Source: Abditibacterium sp. (GTDB taxonomy: Bacteria > Armatimonadota > Abditibacteriia > Abditibacteriales > Abditibacteriaceae). Taken from it: 64,000 bases of DNA. The DNA lies in the NCBI GenBank assembly GCA_965246885.1, contig OZ251992.1, forward strand, positions 928,001-992,000, in the 5' to 3' direction. Position 1 is the first letter of the stretch; every line of letters starts with the position of its first letter. Positions 56,903 through 64,000 of the stretch are shown here, piece after piece. The notes under the pieces were generated by a model. That model was not told the DNA's origin and did not search any database. It saw only the letters and a program-made list of their open reading frames with translations. Made by a program: the position numbers and the translations under genes.

Positions 56903-57406
56903 TTAGGAATAAAGTTCGCGCGCAGTATCGAGCGAGAGATAAAGATGAAAGTGGTCGTCCTGCAAAGAGGTAAAGTCGAACTTACGGTAGAAACTGAGCG
57001 CCGCCTCGTCAATGGCCCACAGTTCCAACGCCAAAACGCCGATGATTTGCGAGACCGCGAGGGTTCGCTCAAACACGACATCTAAAAGTGCCTTGCCCAA
57101 ACGTTGCCCTTGAAATTCCCGGTCAACGGCGAAGCGGCCCAGATGAACTGAAGGCACAAGGCGCGGCCAACCTTTACGCACCTCTTCGGGGAAATCCGTA
57201 AGGGCTACAGCGCCTGAACTAAGGGTGAAATAGCCACAGACGCGCGGATTATCGGGCGTGACAGCAACGTAGGTGCGCGAAGAACCCAACGCTGTGTTCT
57301 GCCGCGCAAAGCGTTTGAGGTATTCGTTGAGCGACTCTTGTCCGCAGTCGAACTGCTTGCGTCCGTGCCGCTCGTTCAAGGCTTCAATGAAGAATCCCTG
57401 ACTCAT
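56903..57406 (-). CDS. GNAT-family toxin (AtaT/TacT-like)
   Basis: FDCG..LNEYL, GYFTL, LGRFAVD..FQGQRLGK.LL, A..FY..F.F. Confidence 0.88.
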   Translation of the reverse strand: MSQGFFIEALNERHGRKQFDCGQESLNEYLKRFARQNTALGSSRTYVAVTPDNPRVCGYFTLSSGAVALTDFPEEVRKGWPRLVPSVHLGRFAVDREFQGQRLGKALLDVVFERTLAVSQIIGVLALELWAIDEAALSFYRKFDFTSLQDDHFHLYLSLDTARELYS

Positions 57407-57624
57407 GGGCGGAACCCCAGAATCAACTGCTTGCCCGCTTCCCGCACCTTTTTCAACTCCTCGTTCGGCGCGGGCGGGTTCTGTAGCAAGTCGAGTAACG
57501 TCTGCGAGTCGCGCGCGCTCAGTTTCGTGATGTGAAACCCCTCCTCTCCGGGCGCGCTCGGTTCGAGGTTCTCGATCATTTCGTCGGTCGGGTTTTCGAT
57601 GTCGAATTTCTTTTGGGTGGCCAT
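57403..57624 (-). CDS. DUF1778-like antitoxin, C-terminal neutralising part only
   Basis: LSARD...LL.LL.NPPAPNEEL; ATGA overlap with the GNAT gene. Confidence 0.75.
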   Translation of the reverse strand: MATQKKFDIENPTDEMIENLEPSAPGEEGFHITKLSARDSQTLLDLLQNPPAPNEELKKVREAGKQLILGFRP

Positions 57625-57661
57625 AATCTTTAGTATCGGGACTGCGTTTCGTCTTCAACGA

Positions 57662-58786
57662 TTAAGCGGCGGGAACTCCTCCGTCACCCCGCACCAACTC
57701 CGCGAAGCGGTCGAACAGATACGCGTTATCGCGCGGGCCGGGGGAGGCTTCAGGGTGGTATTGGACGGAGAAGACGGGGCGGCTCGTGTGCCGCAGGCCT
57801 TCGACGGTTTGGTCGTTGAGGTTGAGGTGCGTGACTTCCACGCCTTTGGGCAGGGAGTCGGCGCGCAAGGCGTAGCCGTGATTTTGGCTGGTGATATGAA
57901 CCTTGCCGGTCGTCAGGTCTTTGACGGGGTGGTTGGCGCCTCGGTGCCCGAACTTGAGCTTGTAGGTCTCGCCGCCGAGGGCGCGGCCCAAGAGTTGGTG
58001 GCCCAAGCAAATGCCAAACATGGGGCGCTTTGCATCTTGCGCCATCAGGTCGCGCAGCGTTTCGACTTCGGCTTCCAAGGAGCGCGGGTCGCCGGGGCCG
58101 TTCGCCAGCATGATGCCATCGGGCGCAAGCGCCAAAATCTCCTCTTTCCCGGCGCCGCACGGCAACACAACGACTTCCAAGCCGCGCTCCGCGAGTTCGC
58201 GCAGGATATTGTATTTGGTGCCGTAATCCATCACGACGACGCGCGGTCGGACACCCTTGGGTGGGACGGTATGGCGCGCTTCGTCGTGCCACAGATAGGC
58301 TTCTTTGGTCGAGACCTCGCGGGCGTAGGTTCCGGCGTCGTAGTCGGGCAAGTTGCGCAAGAGTTGTAGCCCTTCTTCGGCGGAGTGTTCCGTCGTGATC
58401 ATGCCCAGCATCACGCCCGAATCGCGCAAGTGGAGAACCAAATCGCGCACGTCTATGCCCTCAATGCCCACGATGCCGTTCTTAATTAAGTAGTCGTCGC
58501 CGGTATTTTCGGAAGCGTAGTTGGAAGGGATGTCGCACATTTCGCGCACGATGAAGCCCGCGACCTTCGGGCTGTTGGACTCGATGTCGCGCTCGGTCAC
58601 GCCGTAGTTGCCGATGAGCGGATAGGTCAGGGCGACCAATTGCCCCGCGTACGAGGGGTCGGTGAGAATCTCCTGATAGCCGGTCATGGAGGTGTTGAAG
58701 ACCACCTCGCCCGTCGTAGTGCCGCGCGCGCCGACACCCGTGCCTTCGTAGGTTGTGCCGTCAATAAGAATGAGTCGTGTTTGCAT
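57662..58786 (-). CDS. carA: Carbamoyl-phosphate synthase small subunit
   Basis: GEVVFNTSMTGYQE, NGPGDP, GICLGHQ, QYHPEASPGP. Confidence 0.97.
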   Translation of the reverse strand: MQTRLILIDGTTYEGTGVGARGTTTGEVVFNTSMTGYQEILTDPSYAGQLVALTYPLIGNYGVTERDIESNSPKVAGFIVREMCDIPSNYASENTGDDYLIKNGIVGIEGIDVRDLVLHLRDSGVMLGMITTEHSAEEGLQLLRNLPDYDAGTYAREVSTKEAYLWHDEARHTVPPKGVRPRVVVMDYGTKYNILRELAERGLEVVVLPCGAGKEEILALAPDGIMLANGPGDPRSLEAEVETLRDLMAQDAKRPMFGICLGHQLLGRALGGETYKLKFGHRGANHPVKDLTTGKVHITSQNHGYALRADSLPKGVEVTHLNLNDQTVEGLRHTSRPVFSVQYHPEASPGPRDNAYLFDRFAELVRGDGGVPAA

Positions 58787-58794
58787 GGTGCTTG

Positions 58795-60090
58795 TTAGAA
58801 TACCCGCCGGCCCGCCGCCCACGTCGCCCGAACGCGGCCCGTTAGCTCATGGCCCAGCCAAGGCGAGTTCTTTGACTTGGAGCGCAGCGCTTCGGGCGTC
58901 AGCACCCACTTCTCGGCGGGGTCGAACGCGCACACATCCGCCCGCGCGCCCACCTGAAGCGTGCCCGCGTCCAGACCGAGCAAGCGCGCCGGAGCGTGGG
59001 TCATCAGTTCCACCATCCGCCCCAACGACAGCGCGCCCGAATGAACGAGGGTTTCCAAACTGATGGGCAGGCTCGTTTCCAAGCCGATGATGCCGAACGG
59101 CGCTTGGTCGAACTCGCGGTCTTTTTCGCGCGGCGCGTGCGGCGCGTGGTCGGTGGCGATGCAATCGAGCACCCCGTCCGCCAACGCCGCAATGATGGCC
59201 GCGCAATCTTCCGCCGTGCGAAGCGGCGGGTTCATCTTGGCGTTCGTATTGTAGCCGCGCACCGCTTCATCGGTCAAGGCGAAATGGTGCGGCCCCGCTT
59301 CGGCAGTTATAGGGACGCCCCCGGCTTTAAACGCGCGCACCAACTCCACCGCCGCGCGCGTCGAAACGTGCAAAATATGGACGCGGCACCCCTCCTCGCG
59401 CGCCAAGGCGCCCGCTTTGTAAACCGCCAGTTCTTCCGATACGCGCGGCATCCCTCGCAATCCCAGTTCGAGAGACACGCGCCCCTCGTTCATCACGCCG
59501 CCTCCCTTGCCCACGCCCGCGTGTCCGCCACCCGTGAGCGTCAGGTCTTCGCAGTGGAGCATCACGACCATGCCAACCGTCTTGGCGTAGCGAAAGACGC
59601 GGCGCAAAAAGTCGGCGTCCTGTATCGGAAACGCGTCGTCTGAAACCGCGACAGCGCCCGCGTCTTTCAAGTCGCCGAACTCCGATAGCTGCTCGTTCTT
59701 GGCCGCGAGCGATACCGACGCAATCGGCAAAATTCGCACGCCGTTGCCTTCCGTTCGCGCCCGCGCCAACACGTCCTCCACGACCGAGCGGTTGTCTATC
59801 GTCGGGAGGGTGTTGGGCATCACGCATATCGTCGTAAACCCGCCCGCCGCCGCCGCCTTTGACAAGCTCGCCGTGTCCTCTTTATACTCCTGACCGGGCG
59901 TTCGCCCGTGCACGTGCACATCGACCAGCCCCGGCGCCACCACTAACCCCGTCGCGTCAAACACCTCGTCGGCCCCCTCCGCCCCTTCCCCGACGCGCGC
60001 GATTACCCCGTCGCGGATGAGCACATCCGCCACCGCGTCGAAGTTCTGCGAGGGGTCAACCACCCGCCCGTTTTGAATCAGTAAGTTCAT
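58795..60090 (-). CDS. pyrC: Dihydroorotase
   Basis: PGLVDVHVH, AAAGGFTT..MPNT, KMNPPLR, ATDHAPH, KSKNSP. Confidence 0.95.
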   Translation of the reverse strand: MNLLIQNGRVVDPSQNFDAVADVLIRDGVIARVGEGAEGADEVFDATGLVVAPGLVDVHVHGRTPGQEYKEDTASLSKAAAAGGFTTICVMPNTLPTIDNRSVVEDVLARARTEGNGVRILPIASVSLAAKNEQLSEFGDLKDAGAVAVSDDAFPIQDADFLRRVFRYAKTVGMVVMLHCEDLTLTGGGHAGVGKGGGVMNEGRVSLELGLRGMPRVSEELAVYKAGALAREEGCRVHILHVSTRAAVELVRAFKAGGVPITAEAGPHHFALTDEAVRGYNTNAKMNPPLRTAEDCAAIIAALADGVLDCIATDHAPHAPREKDREFDQAPFGIIGLETSLPISLETLVHSGALSLGRMVELMTHAPARLLGLDAGTLQVGARADVCAFDPAEKWVLTPEALRSKSKNSPWLGHELTGRVRATWAAGRRVF

Positions 60091-60100
60091 TGGAAGCCAA

Positions 60101-60346
60101 TCAGTCAAACGGCCCTTTGCTGCTTGACCAAGGCGAGCCGTCGCTGGCTTTGCCCTTGGGTTTGGCGCCGCCGGGGCCGCTTTGAATCTTGCTTTGCGGC
60201 GCGATAGGCGGCGGGGCCGACGCCGACTGGGGCGGGCGCAGGGCGCGGTTTTGGGCGGCGCGCTTGCGGCTGGACGCGGACACGGCGCGCCCGATGGCGA
60301 TAACGGCGACAACGCCGATTTTGATTAAAGCAACATCAAAGGTCAT
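60101..60346 (-). CDS. Small membrane-anchored Pro/Gly/Ser-rich hypothetical protein (81 aa)
   Basis: ATGA overlap with the pyrB stop; N-terminal hydrophobic segment; fills the pyrB-pyrC gap. Confidence 0.6.
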   Translation of the reverse strand: MTFDVALIKIGVVAVIAIGRAVSASSRKRAAQNRALRPPQSASAPPPIAPQSKIQSGPGGAKPKGKASDGSPWSSSKGPFD

Positions 60347-61275
60347 TTTTCTCCTCCCAACAAATGGTACAGCACCGCCATGCGCACCGCGACGCCGTTG
60401 GTCACTTGGTTCAATATCACGCTTTGCGGCCCATCGGCCACGTCGTCGGCTATCTCGACGCCCCGATTGATGGGGCCGGGATGCATCACGATGGCGTCGG
60501 GTTTGGCCCGTTTCAAGCGCGCCGCGTTCAGCCCATACAAGCGCGCGAACTCGCGCACGCTGGGCAGGTAAGCCCCGTTCATCCGCTCGTTCTGTAAGCG
60601 CAGCGTCATCACCACGTCCGCCCCGGCGACCGCCTCGTCCGCGTCGGTCGTTAGGCGCAGTGGCAAGGCGCAGAACTCCGGCGGCAGGAGCGTGTGCGGC
60701 CCGCACAGCGTTAAATTCGCGCCCATCGTGAGCAGCCCGAACACGTTCGAGCGCGCCACGCGCGAATGGAGCAGGTCGCCAATGATGGTCACGTTCAGCC
60801 CCTCGATGCGCCCTTTGTGGTCTTGAATGGTCTTCAAATCCAGCAACCCTTGCGTTGGGTGCTCGTGCCAACCGTCGCCCGCGTTCACGACCGAAAAGTC
60901 GAAGCCGAACTTGCCGGAATACGAGGCCGCCAACTCCGGCGCCCCCGACGATCCGTGTCGGATCACGAAACACTGCGCGCCCATCGCCGCCAGCGTGAGC
61001 AGGGTGTCCTTAAGCGTTTCGCCTTTGGACACACTCGACGCCGCGACCGCAAGCGAACTGGTGTCGGCGGACAGCGTTTTGGCCGCCATCTCGAACGACG
61101 CCCGCGTGCGGGTCGAAGGCTCGAAAAAGAGCGTGCAAACTCCCTGACCGCGCAAGGCGGGCGTCTTTTTGATGGGCCGCGACAAGACCTCGCGCATCGC
61201 CTCGGCGGTTTCCAGCCACTCCTCTATCTCCGCACGAGAAGCGTCTTGCAGACCCAGTAGATGCTGCCGTTTCAT
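60343..61275 (-). CDS. pyrB: Aspartate carbamoyltransferase catalytic subunit
   Basis: FFEPSTRT, NAGDG.HEHPTQ, HSRVARS, RLQ.ER, HPGP.NRG. Confidence 0.97.
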   Translation of the reverse strand: MKRQHLLGLQDASRAEIEEWLETAEAMREVLSRPIKKTPALRGQGVCTLFFEPSTRTRASFEMAAKTLSADTSSLAVAASSVSKGETLKDTLLTLAAMGAQCFVIRHGSSGAPELAASYSGKFGFDFSVVNAGDGWHEHPTQGLLDLKTIQDHKGRIEGLNVTIIGDLLHSRVARSNVFGLLTMGANLTLCGPHTLLPPEFCALPLRLTTDADEAVAGADVVMTLRLQNERMNGAYLPSVREFARLYGLNAARLKRAKPDAIVMHPGPINRGVEIADDVADGPQSVILNQVTNGVAVRMAVLYHLLGGEK

Positions 61276-61290
61276 GGTTTATTTCCCTCG

Positions 61291-61818
61291 TTAGCGGATA
61301 ATCACCACCCCATCGGCGCCATCCGTCTCCATCAAACGCACTTGTACCCGCTCTTCTTTGGCAGTGGGCGCGTTTTTGCCGACAAAATCGGCGCGAATGG
61401 GCAACTCCCGGTGCCCCCTGTCCACTAACACTGCCAACTGCACGGCGCGCGGGCGGCCAAAATCGCCCAATGCATCCAACGCGGCGCGAATGGTGCGCCC
61501 GGTGAAGAGCACGTCGTCTACCAACACGACGACCTTATCGGTCACGTCAAAGGCGATCTGCGAGCTTTTGGGCGGGGCGGCGCGCAGGTGGAAATCGTCG
61601 CGGTGCAGGGCGATATCGAGCGCGCCAGTGGGTAATGTGGTGCCTTCGATGGCACTCAACTGCTCCGCAATGCGGCGCGCGAGGGGCACGCCACGCGTGC
61701 GAATCCCGACCAGAACCACGTCGTCCAAGCCGCGATTGCGCTCGGTAATTTCATGGGCGATGCGCTTGAGTGCCCGCCCAATGTCAGCGCTTTCGAGCAA
61801 GATTTTCGGCTCGCTCAT
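61291..61818 (-). CDS. pyrR: Pyrimidine operon attenuation protein / UPRTase
   Basis: [33 protein letters not shown]. Confidence 0.96.
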   Translation of the reverse strand: MSEPKILLESADIGRALKRIAHEITERNRGLDDVVLVGIRTRGVPLARRIAEQLSAIEGTTLPTGALDIALHRDDFHLRAAPPKSSQIAFDVTDKVVVLVDDVLFTGRTIRAALDALGDFGRPRAVQLAVLVDRGHRELPIRADFVGKNAPTAKEERVQVRLMETDGADGVVIIR

Positions 61819-61918
61819 AGCAACCCTCCCCACAAAAACGGCTCGCTCCGCCACTGGGAACCAAGGCGAAACGAGCCGGAAAAACGCGCGCGCGCGCCAA
61901 AAAGTGCGGTTGTCATGG

Positions 61919-61950
61919 CCTTTATGCGCCTCGCTGGACGCACTTAAAAG
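61919..61950 (-). promoter_or_regulatory. PyrR-binding RNA hairpin (attenuator leader)
   Basis: Minus strand CTTTTAA-GTGC-GTCCAGCGAGGC-GCAT-AAAGG matches the UUUAA and GUCC-NGNGA-GGY PyrR consensus; extended -10 TGnTATAAT at 61964-61972. Confidence 0.85.
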
Positions 61951-61977
61951 ACGGTCGGGGAAAATTATAACACGCCC

Positions 61978-62100
61978 GCGCCAACCGATCGCCCATGCGC
62001 GCCAACGACGGAATTAGGCGCGGCAACTGTTCACCCGCATGCGGCAGTCGCTGAATTACCCCGGTCAGTCGCCCGCCGACACCGGCGACTGCTTCGCCGG
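61978..62100. repeat. Degenerate 21-bp-period array related to the 31044 array
   Basis: Reverse complement of 61978-62021 matches 31052-31095 at 39/44 nt. Confidence 0.78.
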
Positions 62101-62649
62101 GGCAAATAATTCATTCACCCGCATCTCCCAACCGCCCACCGCCGGACGCGCGTCAGCGACCTCGCCGCGCCGAAAAACCTGCGGCGCCATCGGCGCACGC
62201 GCCGTATATTTGGCGACGACCTCCTCGTTTTGCAAGTCCACATCCCACACAACGATGGTTCCCGCCGCGAAATAATCAGCGCGCTTGGCGGCCATTTCCC
62301 GTTCGGCTTGCGGCCCATAGTCGTTCTCTGACCGCACCTCGACGGCGAAGATGGGCGGCTCTGGCATAAATCCCATCCCCGAACGCGGGCCAGTGTAAAA
62401 GGCCGCATCAGGCGAAAACGAGCGACGGTGCGGCAGGTCGCACAAGAACCCCTTGCCATCGGCGAACGCGATGCCTTCTTCCGAAGCGCGGGCATAAGCA
62501 CGGAGCGACGAGTAAATTTCGTCGCCCGCATAGCCCGGTTCAAATCCAGTTGCCATGATTTCTTGTAGCTGTCCGTCCACGATTTCCGCTTTGCCGTCGA
62601 AGGCCAGCAGTTGCTCCACAAGCGGGTCGGCGAGGGTGAGAGTTGCCAT
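62065..62649 (-). CDS. Uma2 (DUF820) family endonuclease-like protein
   Basis: EIVDG, SPD..F, P.FAVEVRS, K..DYF..G..VVW.VD. Confidence 0.9.
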   Translation of the reverse strand: MATLTLADPLVEQLLAFDGKAEIVDGQLQEIMATGFEPGYAGDEIYSSLRAYARASEEGIAFADGKGFLCDLPHRRSFSPDAAFYTGPRSGMGFMPEPPIFAVEVRSENDYGPQAEREMAAKRADYFAAGTIVVWDVDLQNEEVVAKYTARAPMAPQVFRRGEVADARPAVGGWEMRVNELFAPAKQSPVSAGD

Positions 62650-62658
62650 GAGTTGAGT

Positions 62659-63093
62659 TTAAACCTCCAGTTGCGCCCGCAATTCCATCAATAACACGCC
62701 CATACGGTTGCGCCCCGTCCCATCACGCCCGATGCCCCAGTAAAAATCGTCGGGGGAGTTTTCGAGGATTACTTCACACCCCGTCGAAAGCAAGAGTTCG
62801 CGCGCGTCAACGTGTGTCTCGAACTTGGCTTGGAGGGCGCGGCGCATCACGTCTTCCTTGATTTTGTCCCAATCGGGGCGCAAGGGGTGTGCATCGGAGC
62901 GCCCCAAGTCTTTCGCATCGCGCGGCGTTGGCGCGAGTCGGACTTGCTCCCGAAACGCTTCGTCCGCGAACTTTTGCGCTTGGTAGAAGTGTTCGACCGA
63001 TGCCCAACGCGCGCCGTCGAGCGTGAAAGCGTGGCCGGAAAAGTTGGAGAACGTGCCGTAGCGGTGCGTGGGAATAAAGAACTTGATTGGCAT
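62659..63093 (-). CDS. NADAR (YbiA) family protein
   Basis: FSNF, SVEHFYQAQKF, RPDW..K..VM, KF, LL.TG, D.YWG, G.N.MG.LLM. Confidence 0.92.
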   Translation of the reverse strand: MPIKFFIPTHRYGTFSNFSGHAFTLDGARWASVEHFYQAQKFADEAFREQVRLAPTPRDAKDLGRSDAHPLRPDWDKIKEDVMRRALQAKFETHVDARELLLSTGCEVILENSPDDFYWGIGRDGTGRNRMGVLLMELRAQLEV

Positions 63094-63126
63094 TAGATGA
63101 TCACCGATTGCTTCCTCTCATTTAGC

Positions 63127-64000
63127 TCACCCGCACAAAACCTCCAAGACACCGGCGCCGTATTTTTCCAACTTCTTGCCGCCGATGCCGGAAATGCCCG
63201 CTAACTCGTCTGGGTCGGTGGGTTTTTGGCGGGCAATTTCGCGCAGGGTTTTGTCGGAAAAGACGACGTAGGGCGGGACGCGCTCGGCGTCGGCGCGCTC
63301 GCGGCGCCAATCGCGCAAACGCTCGAAGAGTTCCTCGTCGGCGTCTTCGTCCTCGTCGGCATTGGCCTTGGAAGTGCGCGCGCCAGCGCCCGAAGCGGAG
63401 CGGGCGCGTCCGGGCAGTTCGAGGTCGGCGCCTGCGCGACTTTGCCACGCTTCGCGGCCCGATTGGGTGACGCGTACGACGAAGAACTCGTCCTCGTCGC
63501 CTTGGAACAACAGGCCGCGCGCAAGAAGATCGTCGAGGAACTTGGCTAAGCGGTCAATTTGCACGCTCGCGCAGACCCCGAACACCGGGCTACTCTCGTA
63601 GCGTTGCGCATCTTGGGCGCGGCTACCGCGCAGGATGCGGGTGAGCCGCGACTTGCCGACTTGGGGGTAAAGGGCGTCCAAGCCTTGCAACAGGTCGTAG
63701 ACATCGGCGACTTTCGGGGGCGGCGCGACTTTGCCCGCAGGCAGGCTGGGCGCCACGACTTCGAGCAAATCGCTTCCGTTGCGCCGCGCGTCACAGGCGT
63801 CGCAGCAGTTGGCGTGCGCTTCGTCGTCGCCGTCGAGCGCGGTATCGCCGAAGTAGTCGAGCAAAATGCGGCGACGGCAACGCTTGGCTTTGACGTAGGC
63901 CGCCATTTCGCCCAAGCGCGCGAAGCGCTCGGCTTGCCCGCGCTCCAAAGCCATTTCCAACTCGCGCGACTTGGGGGCGGACAGCGAGCGTTCGAGGGTG
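63127..64000 (-). CDS. recQ: RecQ-family helicase, C-terminal part (Zn-binding, RQC, HRDC); 5' end outside the window
   Basis: CRRRILLDYFGD...CCDAC; HRDC LFERLRDWR...VPPYVVFSDKTL...GIG.KKLEKYG. Confidence 0.85.
   Translation of the reverse strand, partial: TLERSLSAPKSRELEMALERGQAERFARLGEMAAYVKAKRCRRRILLDYFGDTALDGDDEAHANCCDACDARRNGSDLLEVVAPSLPAGKVAPPPKVADVYDLLQGLDALYPQVGKSRLTRILRGSRAQDAQRYESSPVFGVCASVQIDRLAKFLDDLLARGLLFQGDEDEFFVVRVTQSGREAWQSRAGADLELPGRARSASGAGARTSKANADEDEDADEELFERLRDWRRERADAERVPPYVVFSDKTLREIARQKPTDPDELAGISGIGGKKLEKYGAGVLEVLCG

Noticed and set aside
56903..57658. 251-aa extended GNAT ORF from the track
   Set aside because: The extension overlaps the antitoxin gene in another frame; the ATG at 57406 with ATGA coupling is the better start.

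Overview
GC-rich bacterial chromosome segment. The gene content (paired DUF1559 prepilin-like genes, a DUF6785-like membrane protein, GntR-LacI regulator, several PhyH genes) suggests Armatimonadota/Abditibacteriota, which is an inference. From left to right: a truncated secreted-protein gene; a secreted Kelch/lamin-tail gene carrying a 13-copy heptanucleotide tract and flanked by a duplicated murE 5' end; a partial dcw cluster (murE-murF-mraY-[small ORF + ART-like ORF]-murD-ftsW); a ~13.5 kb minus-strand glycan-type locus (GntR/LacI regulator, 2x DUF1559, lipoprotein, 3x PhyH, ricin-lectin protein, SGNH esterase, FN3-PA14, BNR-repeat protein, GH29-like); assorted housekeeping and envelope genes, tRNA-Glu and a 2659-aa surface protein; a two-component system; a pyr operon (pyrR-pyrB-orf-pyrC-carA-[GNAT TA]-N-terminal half of carB) with a PyrR site; then Uma2, NADAR and the 3' end of recQ. 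Best candidate for a new system: two secreted proteins end in the identical tag DPSNLAAQ, which looks like FN3 strand A, and the next gene encodes an FN3 domain lacking that strand, suggesting docking by strand complementation in trans. All family calls come from motif recognition by eye; no searches were run.
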